From Tistlia sp. (GTDB lineage: Bacteria; Pseudomonadota; Alphaproteobacteria; Kiloniellales; DSM-21159), in NCBI RefSeq assembly GCF_040905785.1, contig NZ_JBBDQW010000038.1, positions 46,210 through 70,209 on the forward strand: a DNA stretch of 24,000 nucleotides. The letters are read 5' to 3'. Under the pieces are notes generated by a model. That model did not search any database. It saw only the letters and a list, made by a program, of their open reading frames with translations, and was not told where the DNA came from. Position numbers and translations under genes: made by a program. Numbering within the stretch: the stretch's first letter is position 1; each line of letters opens with the position of its first letter. Of this stretch, positions 1 to 8,072 are shown piece by piece.

Positions 1-27
1 GTGCAGCCCGGCGACCTCGAGCAGCAT
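1..27 (-). CDS. ABC transporter ATP-binding protein, LivF-like (first 9 codons only; gene runs off the left edge)
   Basis: The reverse complement of 1-27 reads ATG CTG CTC GAG GTC GCC GGG CTG CAC = MLLEVAGLH. This is the usual style of N-terminus for the second ATPase of LivFGHM-type importers. Its ATG (27-25) shares one base with the TGA (29-27) of the preceding ATPase gene (TGATG junction). Only 9 codons are visible, so support is weak. Confidence 0.4.
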
Positions 28-782
28 CAGGCCAGCTCCTCGCCCAGGTAGGCTTCCTGGACCTCGCGGTTGCGGCGGATCTCGTCCGGCGTGCCGCAGG
101 CCAGGATGTTGCCGTAGACCAGCACCGAGACGCGGTCGCAGAGACTGAAGACGACGCTCATGTCGTGCTCGACGACCAGCAGGGTCTTGCCCTCGGTGAC
201 CTCGCGGATCAGCTCGACCGCACGGTCGCTCTCCTCGCGCGACATGCCGGCGGTCGGCTCGTCGAGCAGGATGACGTCGGCGCCGGTCGCCAGCGTCATG
301 CCGATCTCGAGCGCGCGCTGCTCCGAATAGGTCAGGTCGCCGGCGGCGCGCTCGGCCTCGTCGGCCAGCCGGATGCGCTCGAGGATCTCGCGCGCCTCGC
401 GGTTCACCGCCCCCAGGCGCTCGACCGGGCGGAACAGGCTGAAGCGCAGGCCGTGGCGCGCCATGACCCCGATGCGCAGGTTCTCGAAGACCGAGAGGCG
501 GTGGAAGATGTTGGTGATCTGGAAGGAGCGCGACAGGCCGCGGCGGTTGATCTCGTGCGGCGCCAGGCCCGAGATGCGCCGGCCGCGCAGCCGAATCTCG
601 CCCTCGCTCGCCGGGAACAGGCCGGAGATCAGGTTGAACAGCGTCGACTTGCCGGCGCCGTTCGGCCCGATCACCGCGTGCCGCTCGCCCTCCGCGATCG
701 CGAGGTTCACGCCGCCGATCACCGGCAGCGAGCCGAAGGACTTGCCGAGCTCGACCAGCTCGAGGACGGGGCTTTCGCTCAT
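27..782 (-). CDS. ABC transporter ATP-binding protein, LivG-like (branched-chain-amino-acid-type importer family)
   Basis: Track ORF 27..1142 is trimmed to the internal ATG at 782-780 (MSESPVLELVELGKSFG...). That ATG makes an ATGA overlap with the stop (781-779) of the upstream permease gene. Motifs: Walker A GPNGAGKST, LivG-type signature region LTYSEQRALEIG, Walker B ILLDEPTAGM. The 120 codons upstream of this ATG are R/G/P/A-rich and lie inside the permease gene, so they are not credible coding sequence. Confidence 0.9.
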   Translation of the reverse strand: MSESPVLELVELGKSFGSLPVIGGVNLAIAEGERHAVIGPNGAGKSTLFNLISGLFPASEGEIRLRGRRISGLAPHEINRRGLSRSFQITNIFHRLSVFENLRIGVMARHGLRFSLFRPVERLGAVNREAREILERIRLADEAERAAGDLTYSEQRALEIGMTLATGADVILLDEPTAGMSREESDRAVELIREVTEGKTLLVVEHDMSVVFSLCDRVSVLVYGNILACGTPDEIRRNREVQEAYLGEELA

Positions 783-2074
783 CGGCCGACCTCCTCCGCC
801 GGCTCGAGACTCCCGCTGCTGCGCTCGGCCTCGGCGCGCTCCAGGATCCGGTCCCAGGCGAGGCGCAGGCGGCGGCGCGCTGGGGGCAGCAGGAGCGCGC
901 CGACCGCGGCCAGCACGAGCGGCACCACCCAGGTGAGCGGAGAGAGCGGCACCCATTCGAGACCGAACAGCTGGATCGGCGGATAGCCCGTTTCGAGCTG
1001 CCGGCGCTGGGCCTGGTAGCCCGGGGAGAACAGCACGGCGGAGATCTCGACCAGGAAGATCACGGCGCCGGCCAGGCCGAGGCCCGAGGCGGCCGCCAGC
1101 AGGTAACCCGGTAGCAGCTCGCGCAAACGCAGGCGCGACCAATGCCGCAGATGCAGGGCGAGCAGGCCGCCGATGCCGTGCGGGGCGTAGAGCATCACCA
1201 GCACGAAGATCAGTCCCTGGTAGAGCAGCCAGGAGCGGGTGGCGTCCGAGACGAAGAAGGCGAAGAGGGTGAAGATGCTGGCGCCGATGATCGGACCGAA
1301 GAACACCGTGGCACCGCCGACGAAGGTGTGCAGCACGACCTGCGCCGAAACGTGGGTCGCGAAGAGCGAATAGTTGGCGGTCTCGTTCGAGAGGGCGAGC
1401 AGCGCGCCGGCGACGCCGGAGAACATCGCCGAGATCGCGAAGATGATGACCTTGGTGGCGTGGGTGTTGTAGCCCATGAAGCGCACGCGCTGCTCGTTGT
1501 CCCTCAGCGCCAGGGTCAGACGCCCGAAGGGCGTGCGCGTGTAGGCCCAGAGCAGTCCGATCGACAGCGACGTCCAGGCGAGCGCCAGGTAGTAGACCTC
1601 GAGCGACGTGCCGAAAGCCAGGCCGGCCCAGGGCAGGCGCATCGAGGACAGCCCCGCCTCGCCGCCGAACAGCCCCTCCCAGTGCGGCGCCAGCGAGTGC
1701 AGCAGCTCGGCGATGGCCAGGGTGACCAGAGCGAAGTAGACGCCCGAGCGTATCGTCGCGAAGTAGCCGGCGACCGCGCCGACCAGGCAGCCCGCCGCGG
1801 CTCCGGCGAGCGGCAGCAGCGGTGTCGGCAGCGGCAGCGCGCCCTCCTCGACCGCCAGCATAAGGTGCAGGGTCGCGAAGGCGCCGACGCCGAAGAAGGC
1901 GGCGTGGCCGAAGGACAGCAGGCCGGCCTGGCCGATCAGCAGGTTGAAGGCGACCGCGAAGAGCGAGGCGATCAGCATGTTCACCATGGCGTTCTGCCAG
2001 CCGATGCCGATGAAGGGCGGCACCGCCACCAGGACGAGGAGCAGCAGGGCGATGGCGAGGATGCGGGCGAGCAT
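779..2074 (-). CDS. ABC transporter permease, LivM-like
   Basis: 431-aa strongly hydrophobic multi-span protein (LIGQAGLLSFGHAAFFGVGAF..., many predicted helices), typical of LivM/BraE permeases. The ATG at 2074 follows TGAGGAGAGGGAC on the minus strand, where the stop of the livH-like gene is fused to a purine-rich Shine-Dalgarno. The stop overlaps the next start (ATGA). Confidence 0.88.
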   Translation of the reverse strand: MLARILAIALLLLVLVAVPPFIGIGWQNAMVNMLIASLFAVAFNLLIGQAGLLSFGHAAFFGVGAFATLHLMLAVEEGALPLPTPLLPLAGAAAGCLVGAVAGYFATIRSGVYFALVTLAIAELLHSLAPHWEGLFGGEAGLSSMRLPWAGLAFGTSLEVYYLALAWTSLSIGLLWAYTRTPFGRLTLALRDNEQRVRFMGYNTHATKVIIFAISAMFSGVAGALLALSNETANYSLFATHVSAQVVLHTFVGGATVFFGPIIGASIFTLFAFFVSDATRSWLLYQGLIFVLVMLYAPHGIGGLLALHLRHWSRLRLRELLPGYLLAAASGLGLAGAVIFLVEISAVLFSPGYQAQRRQLETGYPPIQLFGLEWVPLSPLTWVVPLVLAAVGALLLPPARRRLRLAWDRILERAEAERSSGSLEPAEEVGR

Positions 2075-2084
2075 GTCCCTCTCC

Positions 2085-3026
2085 TCAGCTGCGCTCGCCC
2101 ATCAGGCCGGCCGGGCGGACCAGCAGCACGATGAGCATGAGCAGGAAGGGCACCGTGCCGGAGATCGAGGACACGGTGAGGGTGAAGAGGCCGCCGAGCT
2201 CGCGCGCCCAGTCGCCGAGGCCGACCATCGCCACGGCGCCGGCCAGCGACCAGTCGAGCCCGACGGCGAAGGAGCTGAACAGGCCGATCAGCAGGGAGGC
2301 GAGCAGCGAGCCCGACAGCGAGCCCAGGCCGCCGACCACGACCACGACGAAGACGATGACACCGAGCTCCAGCGCCATGTTCGGGTTGGTCGGGAAGAAG
2401 GCCCCGGCCACCGCGCCGCCCAGGCCGGCGAAGGCGGCGCCGGTGCCGAAGACGCCCATGAAGACCAGGGGCACGTTGTGGCCGAGCGCCTCGGCCATCA
2501 CCGGCCGGCGCTCGGCGGCCCGGACTACCAGGCCGACCCGCGTGCGCGACAGCAGCAGGTAGAGCGCGACGAACATGGCGATCGCGACCAGGCCGATGAA
2601 CAGCCGGTAGAAGGGATAGTCGGTGCCGAAGATCGTGAAGGCCGGGAAGCGCAGGTAGTCCGGCATGGCGTAGTTCACCGGGAAGTCGCCGTAGAACAGC
2701 TTGACCAGTTCCTCGAAGATGAAGGCGAGGCCGAAGGTCAGCAGCAGCTCGTGGGCGTGCCCGAAGGCGTGGACCCGGCGCAGCAGGTAGCGCTCGACCA
2801 GCACGCCGAGCAGCCCGACCAGGATCGGCGCCAACAGAAGGCCGACCCAGAAGTCGACCAGGCCGGTGATCGTATAGGCGATGTAGGCGCCCAGCATGTA
2901 GAAGCTGGCATGGGCGAAGTTCAGCACCCCCATCATGCCGAAGATCAGGGTCAGGCCCGACGACACCATGAAGAGCAGCAGGCCGTAGATCACGCCGTTC
3001 AGCGTCGAGATGACCAGGAATTCCAT
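2085..3026 (-). CDS. ABC transporter permease, LivH-like
   Basis: 313-aa hydrophobic protein (MEFLVISTLNGVIYGLLLFMVSSGLTLIFGMMGVLNFAHASFYMLGAY...). This is the characteristic LivH/BraD N-terminus and fold. It has the same strand and tight spacing as the other transporter genes. Confidence 0.9.
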   Translation of the reverse strand: MEFLVISTLNGVIYGLLLFMVSSGLTLIFGMMGVLNFAHASFYMLGAYIAYTITGLVDFWVGLLLAPILVGLLGVLVERYLLRRVHAFGHAHELLLTFGLAFIFEELVKLFYGDFPVNYAMPDYLRFPAFTIFGTDYPFYRLFIGLVAIAMFVALYLLLSRTRVGLVVRAAERRPVMAEALGHNVPLVFMGVFGTGAAFAGLGGAVAGAFFPTNPNMALELGVIVFVVVVVGGLGSLSGSLLASLLIGLFSSFAVGLDWSLAGAVAMVGLGDWARELGGLFTLTVSSISGTVPFLLMLIVLLVRPAGLMGERS

Positions 3027-3117
3027 GCCGGCGGAGGCCTCTTTGCTGTCCGGGACCGTGGAGGGTCCGTCTCAGGGAGCGCTGATCGAAAGGACTGGGG
3101 TCAAGAAACTGGCGAGT

Positions 3118-3153
3118 CGCCCCTCGCCCGCGCCGCGAGGCGGGCGAGGGGCG
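3118..3153 (-). promoter_or_regulatory. Intercistronic GC-rich stem-loop between the binding-protein gene and the first permease gene
   Basis: cgcccctcgcccgc (3118-3131) and gcgggcgaggggcg (3140-3153) are perfect reverse complements: a 14-bp stem with an 8-nt loop. A further gcga/tcgc pairing (3112-3115 / 3154-3157) lies outside a 2-nt bulge. It sits in the 163-nt gap between the stop of the binding-protein gene (3190) and the livH-like start (3026). No U-tract follows on the minus strand. Confidence 0.5.
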
Positions 3154-3189
3154 TCGCTCGGGAGGCGGGACGCAGGCCCCGCCGACGCG

Positions 3190-4428
3190 TCAGGACGGGC
3201 GGACCATCTCGCAGGAGTCCTGGACCGGGTAGATGACGTCCGCCCCCGGGTTGACCTTTACGACGGCGAAGCCGAGGTCGGTGTCGTCGGCCGGGTGCTT
3301 GGGGTCGTCGACGACCTTGGAGACGACGACCGGCAGCACCGCCTGGTGGTCCTCGCTGCGCACGGTGATCGGCCCCACCGGGGTCTCGATCGAGGCGTCC
3401 TCCAGCGCCAGGGCGATCCGGCTGACGTCGATCTCGCCGCCGCCGAAGTCGACCTCTTCCAGGGCCTCGCGCAGCATGCGGATGGCGTGCACCGTCTGCG
3501 GCTCGATGTAGACCGGCAGGTGGCCGGTCTTGGCCTGGTAGTCGCTCGGGAAGTCCGTGTCGTCGGCCGCCATGTTGTAGGGGTGGGCCAGGTAGTGGCC
3601 GACCGCGGTGTCGCCGGCGTTGGCGATGTTGCCGACCTGGTCCAGGAAGGTCGTGGCGAAGCGCACCTTCAGCCCCGCGTCACCGGCGGCCTTCATCAGC
3701 AGCAGCAGGTCGTTCGACCAGTTGCCGGTGATCACCGTGTCGGGGTTGGCGTCCTTGATCTTGGCGACGAAGGGCGAGAAGTCCTGGACCTTGTTGACCT
3801 CGTGCAGAACCGTCTCGACGACCTCGTAGCCACCGCTGTCGGCGGCCGCCTTGATGGCGTCCTCCATGTCGCGGCCCCAGGAGTAGTTCTGGTTGATCGA
3901 GTAGACGCGCGTGCCGAGCTCGCCCGCCTCCTTCATCGCCTCGACCAGGGCGTTGACGCGCATCGGCGCCGTCGTCGTGAAGCGGAAGTGGTAGAAGTGG
4001 CACTTGTCGCCGGTCAGCTCGAGCGCCTCGGCGCCCAGGTTGAGGAACAGCACTTCCTCGCCGGGATTGCGGAGGTTGTGCTTGCGCACGTCCTCCGTGA
4101 CCTGGCCGGCGATGGCGGAGGAGGCGCCCTGCAGGACGACGTGGACGCCGTCGGCCACCGCCTGCTTGAACTTGTCGGCCGCGCCGGTCGAGCCGCCGGC
4201 GTTGTCGTATTCGATCACCTCGATCGGCTCGCCGTTGAAGCCGCCGTTCTGGTTGATGTCGTCGACGACGTACTGGGCCGCCGCGGCGAACAGCCGGCCC
4301 GTCGAGGTCTGGGAGCCGGACAGCGATTCGATGATGCCGATCCTGAGCGGCTCCGCCTGCGCGGCGCCGGTGGCCAGGCCGGCTGCCGTGACCAGGCCGA
4401 GGGTGAATGCGAAATGTCGGCTTGCCAT
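3190..4428 (-). CDS. Periplasmic substrate-binding protein, LivK / Leu-Ile-Val-binding-protein family (ligand unknown)
   Basis: 412 aa. The N-terminal signal peptide is MASRHFAFTLGLVTAAGLATGAAQA/EP. It is followed by LRIGIIESLSGSQTSTG...YVVDDINQNGG, typical of type I (Peripla_BP_6-like) binding proteins. The ATG at 4428 is preceded by GGGAGGA 6 nt upstream on the minus strand. It is the first gene of the transporter operon. Confidence 0.88.
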   Translation of the reverse strand: MASRHFAFTLGLVTAAGLATGAAQAEPLRIGIIESLSGSQTSTGRLFAAAAQYVVDDINQNGGFNGEPIEVIEYDNAGGSTGAADKFKQAVADGVHVVLQGASSAIAGQVTEDVRKHNLRNPGEEVLFLNLGAEALELTGDKCHFYHFRFTTTAPMRVNALVEAMKEAGELGTRVYSINQNYSWGRDMEDAIKAAADSGGYEVVETVLHEVNKVQDFSPFVAKIKDANPDTVITGNWSNDLLLLMKAAGDAGLKVRFATTFLDQVGNIANAGDTAVGHYLAHPYNMAADDTDFPSDYQAKTGHLPVYIEPQTVHAIRMLREALEEVDFGGGEIDVSRIALALEDASIETPVGPITVRSEDHQAVLPVVVSKVVDDPKHPADDTDLGFAVVKVNPGADVIYPVQDSCEMVRPS

Positions 4429-4512
4429 TGGATGTCCTCCCTAGTGGCTTGTTCGTTTGCTTGCGCTGCCGGAACACCCCCTGGAGGGGGGTCCCGGGTC
4501 GTGTCCGCCCGG

Positions 4513-5343
4513 TCATGGCTGGCGAGTCCGGGCAGCCCCCGCCGGATCGGCGGTCGAGGCAGGAACGAGGAAGTCGGCGAGCAGCCGGACCTGGGCGTCG
4601 AGCATGTGATGGCCGAGATGAACCCGGCAGCCGCGCCGCTCGGCCGCATCGAGGAGCGCCGTGCGCTCCGGGACCATAACGACTTCGGCGACGGTCATGC
4701 CCGGCCGCAGCAGCTCGGCGTCGAGCGGCAACGGGTCCTCGGGCCGCAGGCCGAGCGAGGTGCCGTTGACGACCAGCTCGTGACCGTCCGGCTCCGCCGG
4801 ACCGACGCCGGCATCGCAGTCGGGAAAGGCATGGCGGACGCGCGCCGCCAGGTCTTCGGCCTTCGCGGCGGTGCGGTTGGCGATCGTCACGCGGGCGCAG
4901 CCCGCCTCGGCCAGGGCGAAGGCGATGGCGGCCGCGGCACCGCCGGCACCGAGCAGCAGCACGCGCTTGCCCGCCGGCCCGATGCCCTGGGCTGCCAGGC
5001 CGCCGACGAAGCCCCGGCCGTCGAACATCTCGCAGCGCAGGCGGCCGTCGGCTTCCCGCCGGACCGCATTGGCGGCGCCGACGAGGCGGGCCGCCGTCCC
5101 GACCTCGTCGCAGAGCGCCGTTACCGCCGCCTTGTGGGGGACCGTCACGATCAGGCCGCCGAGGCTGCGCAGCCGGGAGAAGGCCGGCCAGGCGGCGCCA
5201 AGGTCCGTTGCCGCCAGGTGGAAGGGCACCACCACGGCGTCGATCCCCTGCTCGGCGAACAGGCGGTTCATGACCGCCGGAGTACGCACCTGGGCGATCG
5301 GATCGGCAAGGATTCCGTAGACCAGCGTCCGGCCGGTGATCAT
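4513..5343 (-). CDS. Shikimate/quinate dehydrogenase family protein (AroE-like, non-canonical substrate pocket)
   Basis: 276 aa with the AroE-fold landmarks: GILADPIAQVRTPAVMN (aligns to the E. coli AroE GNPIAHSKSPFIH segment), VTVPHK (catalytic Lys motif NVTxPxK), AANAV (AVNT), EMFDGRGF (DNTDGxG, Asp retained), and Rossmann LLLGAGGAAAAIAFAL followed by ANRT. A GGGGAGGAG Shine-Dalgarno lies about 10 nt upstream of the ATG at 5343. Confidence 0.8.
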   Translation of the reverse strand: MITGRTLVYGILADPIAQVRTPAVMNRLFAEQGIDAVVVPFHLAATDLGAAWPAFSRLRSLGGLIVTVPHKAAVTALCDEVGTAARLVGAANAVRREADGRLRCEMFDGRGFVGGLAAQGIGPAGKRVLLLGAGGAAAAIAFALAEAGCARVTIANRTAAKAEDLAARVRHAFPDCDAGVGPAEPDGHELVVNGTSLGLRPEDPLPLDAELLRPGMTVAEVVMVPERTALLDAAERRGCRVHLGHHMLDAQVRLLADFLVPASTADPAGAARTRQP

Positions 5344-5403
5344 CGGCGCCGCGCTCCTCCCCTGACGGCCGGCTTGCGCGCCGGCTCATAGTGTCGAGCG
5401 GAT

Positions 5404-5448
5404 GTTGCCAAATTATCAGGTTGCCTGACAAGTTCTTCCGCCTAGGAT
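5404..5448. promoter_or_regulatory. Candidate divergent promoter/operator core between the AroE-like gene and the SDR-GntR genes
   Basis: This is the most AT-rich patch of the 175-nt divergent gap.
- Direct repeat GTTGCC at 5404-5409 and 5420-5425.
- Small palindrome tcagg-ttg-cctga at 5416-5428.
- Plus-strand TTGCCT (5421-5426), 16-nt spacer, TAGGAT (5443-5448), resembling a -35/-10 pair.
- GATAAT on the minus strand (5417-5412).
All of this is pattern-based; no operator consensus was confidently matched. Confidence 0.25.
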
Positions 5449-5518
5449 GACCCCGAAAGTGGCGGCCGGCGCCTCGCGATGGCGCCGCCTCGAGAACGAC
5501 GACCGGGCGGAGCCTTCG

Positions 5519-6259
5519 ATGATCGATTTCCACGGCAAGGTGCTGCTGCTCACCGGCGCCAACGGCGCCATCACCCGGGCGATCGCGCGAACCTTCTTCG
5601 AGCTGGGCGCCGACCTGCTGCTCAGCGACCTCGACGCCGAGGGTCTTGCCGGCTTTGCCGCGGATCTGGATCCGACGGGAGGACGTATCGCCACCCTGCG
5701 CCAGGACGCCCGCTCATCGGAGCAGGCGGAAGCGCTCGCCGAGACCTGCCGGGAGCGCTTCGGCAAGGCCGACTTCCTGGTCACGGGGGCGGGGCTCTAT
5801 CGCGACCAGCTGGTCGACTCGATGAGCGACGAGCAGTGGCGCGAGACGATCGGGATCAATCTCGACGGCGTCTTCTTCACCTGCCGCGCGGTCGCGCCGC
5901 TGCTGCGCGACGGCGGCGCGATCGTCAACATCGCCTCGATGGCCGGCCACCGCGGCAGCTACCAGCACGCACACTACTCGGCCGCCAAGGGCGCGGTGCT
6001 CAGCTTCTCCCGTTCGCTGGCGCTTGAACTGGCACCGCGAATCCGGGTCAATTGCGTCTCGCCTGGGCTGATCGACACGCCGCTGATCAAGCCCCTGCTG
6101 GCCGCCAAGGGCGACGCGCTGATCGAGGCGACACCCCTCAAGCGCCTGGGCACCGTCGAGGAAGTGGCGCGCACGGTGGCCTTTCTCTGCAGCGATTGGG
6201 CCGGCTTCGTCACGGCCGAAACCCTGCACGTCAATGGAGGCCTCTACGTTGCCAGTTAG
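5519..6259 (+). CDS. Short-chain dehydrogenase/reductase (FabG-like SDR)
   Basis: Track ORF 5447..6259 is trimmed to the ATG at 5519 (MIDFHGKVLLLTGANGAITRAIA...), which puts the TGxxxGIG-type cofactor motif at the normal distance from the N-terminus. The catalytic Tyr-x3-Lys is YSAAK, and NIASMAG and the PGLIDTP motif are present. The start is somewhat uncertain; the ATG at 5447 is the alternative. Confidence 0.85.
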   Translation: MIDFHGKVLLLTGANGAITRAIARTFFELGADLLLSDLDAEGLAGFAADLDPTGGRIATLRQDARSSEQAEALAETCRERFGKADFLVTGAGLYRDQLVDSMSDEQWRETIGINLDGVFFTCRAVAPLLRDGGAIVNIASMAGHRGSYQHAHYSAAKGAVLSFSRSLALELAPRIRVNCVSPGLIDTPLIKPLLAAKGDALIEATPLKRLGTVEEVARTVAFLCSDWAGFVTAETLHVNGGLYVAS

Positions 6260-7073
6260 GTTCGAGCACCAGGTCAACCCTTCGGCGCGGGCCGTGGCCG
6301 GCGACCTGGCCATCGACGGCTCCAGGCAACCGCCTTCAGTGCAATCGAAGGGCAGCGGGACAAGCAGGCTGGCGCGGCCACCCAGCCTGCCGGACGAGAT
6401 CGCCAGGCGCCTGCGTGACGAGATCCAGCGCGACGCGTTGAAGCCCGGCGACCGCCTGCCGAGCGAGCAGCAGCTGTCGCACCGCTTCGGGGTCAGCCGC
6501 CCGGTCGTGCGGGAAGCGATCTCGCGCCTGCGCTACGACGGCGTCGTCGAGTCCTTCCAGGGCCGCGGGGTCTTCGTGAAGGGCTCCGGCAAGGGCACGT
6601 CGTTCCGCATCGACGATCCGGATATCGGCGACCAGCAGGAGCTCGGGCACATCCTCGAGCTGCTGGTCACGGTCGAAGTCGCCGCCACCGCGCTGGCCGC
6701 CGAGCGGCGCTCGAACGAACAGCTGCAGGGCATCAAGCGGGCCCTGGACGCCATGGCCACCGCCATCGACCAAGGCCTCGGGGGCGTCGACGAGGACCTC
6801 GACTTCCACCGCCGCATCGTCGAGGCCGGCGGCAATCCCTTCTTCACCACCTTCATCGGGTTCCTGGAAAGCCGCGTCCGCAACCTGATCCGCGTGGCGC
6901 GCACCCATACGGCCCGCTTCGAAGGCCTGCCCTACGCGGTCCAGCAGGAGCACGAGGCGATCTACCGCGCGCTCGCCGAGCGCGATGCCGCCGCCGCCCG
7001 CGAGGCCGCCGAGCGTCACCTGTGGAACGTCGCTTCCCGGCTGCAGCTCTACCGCAAGGACGGCGCCGACTGA
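6234..7073 (+). CDS. GntR-family transcriptional regulator, FadR subfamily (FCD effector domain)
   Basis: The winged-HTH is LPSEQQLSHRFGVSRPVVREAISRLRYDGVVESFQGRGVFV. A helical C-terminal FCD-like domain follows (LVTVEVAATALAAERRS...DLDFHRRIVEAGGNPFF...HEAIYRALAERD). The start is ambiguous. The ATG at 6234 overlaps the SDR gene by 26 nt. The GTG at 6339 would give a more typical short N-terminus (VQSKGSGTSRLARPPSLPDEIARRL). Confidence 0.85.
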   Translation: MEASTLPVRFEHQVNPSARAVAGDLAIDGSRQPPSVQSKGSGTSRLARPPSLPDEIARRLRDEIQRDALKPGDRLPSEQQLSHRFGVSRPVVREAISRLRYDGVVESFQGRGVFVKGSGKGTSFRIDDPDIGDQQELGHILELLVTVEVAATALAAERRSNEQLQGIKRALDAMATAIDQGLGGVDEDLDFHRRIVEAGGNPFFTTFIGFLESRVRNLIRVARTHTARFEGLPYAVQQEHEAIYRALAERDAAAAREAAERHLWNVASRLQLYRKDGAD

Positions 7074-7115
7074 TCGGCGCCCGCAGGACCGGCGGCGCGG
7101 CCCCCTCGCCCTTGC

Positions 7116-8072
7116 CTACCCCTCGAAGTCGAGGCCCCAGTCGCGGTAGCGCGCCGGGTCGTCGATCCAGCGCTCGCGCACCTTGACGTAGAGGAACAGG
7201 TGGACGCGGGTCTCCAGCGTCTCCTCGAGCTCGCGCTGGGCCTGCTCGCGGACCATGCGGATGGTCCGCCCGCCGTGGCCGACGGCGATGCGCTTCTGAT
7301 GCTCGCGCTGGACGTAGACCGTCATCTGGATCTTGACCGAGCCGTCCTTGAAGGCTTCCCAGCTGTCGGTCTCGACGGTCAGCGAATAGGGCAGCTCCTG
7401 GTGCAGCGCCAGGAACAGCTTCTCGCGCACGACCTCGGCGGCGAGCAGGCGCTGCGGCAGGTCGGAGAGCTGGTCCTCGGGATAGAGCCAGGGGCCCGCC
7501 GGCGCCTGCGCGGCCAGCCAGGCGACGAGGTCGTCGACGCCGTCGCCGTCGAGCGCCGAGATCATGAAGATGCGTTCGAAGACGGCCGCCTGCTCGAACT
7601 GGGCGGCGAGCGCCAGCAGGCTTTCCCGCCGGATCGCGTCGATCTTGTTGAGCGCCAGCACCAGGCGCCCGCCGCGCTGGGCGAGGCCCGCGAGAATCGC
7701 GCGCATCTCGGAGTCGATCGTCGGCTTCTGGGCGTCGTGCAGCAGCACCACCAGGTCCGCGTCCTCGACGCCGTGCCAGGCCGCGCCGACCATGGCGCGC
7801 TCCAGGCGGCGCTTGGCGCCGCTGAAGATGCCGGGCGTGTCGACGAAGATCAGCTGCGCCTGGCCGGCGATGGCGATGCCGCGCACCCGCGTGCGCGTGG
7901 TCTGCACCTTGTGGGTTACGATCGAGACCTTGGCGCCGACCGCGCGGTTCAGCAGCGTCGACTTGCCGGCGTTCGGCGCGCCGACCAGGGCGACGACCGC
8001 GCAGCGGCTGTCGGGCCCGCCGGGCCGGGATTCCTTCCCGGGCTCGCGCGGAACGTCCGGCTCGTCGATCAT
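7116..8072 (-). CDS. era: GTPase Era
   Basis: Track ORF 7116..8267 is trimmed to the ATG at 8072 (MIDEPDVPREPGK...CAVVALVGAPNAGKSTLLN, G1 motif). DTPG (G3) and NKID (G4) are present, as is a C-terminal KH domain (VYVQREHQKRIAVGHGGRTIRMVRE). The ATG forms an ATGA overlap with the rnc stop (8069-8071). Confidence 0.93.
   Translation of the reverse strand: MIDEPDVPREPGKESRPGGPDSRCAVVALVGAPNAGKSTLLNRAVGAKVSIVTHKVQTTRTRVRGIAIAGQAQLIFVDTPGIFSGAKRRLERAMVGAAWHGVEDADLVVLLHDAQKPTIDSEMRAILAGLAQRGGRLVLALNKIDAIRRESLLALAAQFEQAAVFERIFMISALDGDGVDDLVAWLAAQAPAGPWLYPEDQLSDLPQRLLAAEVVREKLFLALHQELPYSLTVETDSWEAFKDGSVKIQMTVYVQREHQKRIAVGHGGRTIRMVREQAQRELEETLETRVHLFLYVKVRERWIDDPARYRDWGLDFEG

Noticed and set aside
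27-1142. Long N-terminal extensions proposed by the ORF track for the LivG-like ATPase (to 1142), era (to 8267), rnc (to 8842), acpS (to 10212), the dehalogenase (from 20000), the NYN gene (from 14754) and folK (to 14791)
   Set aside because: In each case the extension is low-complexity R/G/P/A sequence lying inside the neighbouring gene. An internal start reproduces the normal family N-terminus, usually with an ATGA/GTGA overlap or a Shine-Dalgarno.
165-3236. Plus-strand ORFs 165..986, 373..936, 1142..2134, 1944..3236 and 2131..2562, antisense to the ABC transporter genes
   Set aside because: All are antisense to well-supported ATPase and permease genes. Their composition is charged/low-complexity (runs of R, D, E, G, A) and they show no motifs.
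3010-5391. 793-aa plus-strand ORF, plus the 617-aa minus-strand ORF at 3680..5533, spanning the binding-protein and AroE-like genes
   Set aside because: These are shadow frames of a high-GC3 region. The translations are dominated by R/G/A/P/D/V runs and have no recognisable motifs. They cross real intergenic regions and lie antisense to, or out of frame with, genes that carry clear family signatures (signal peptide plus LivK-type fold, AroE motifs).
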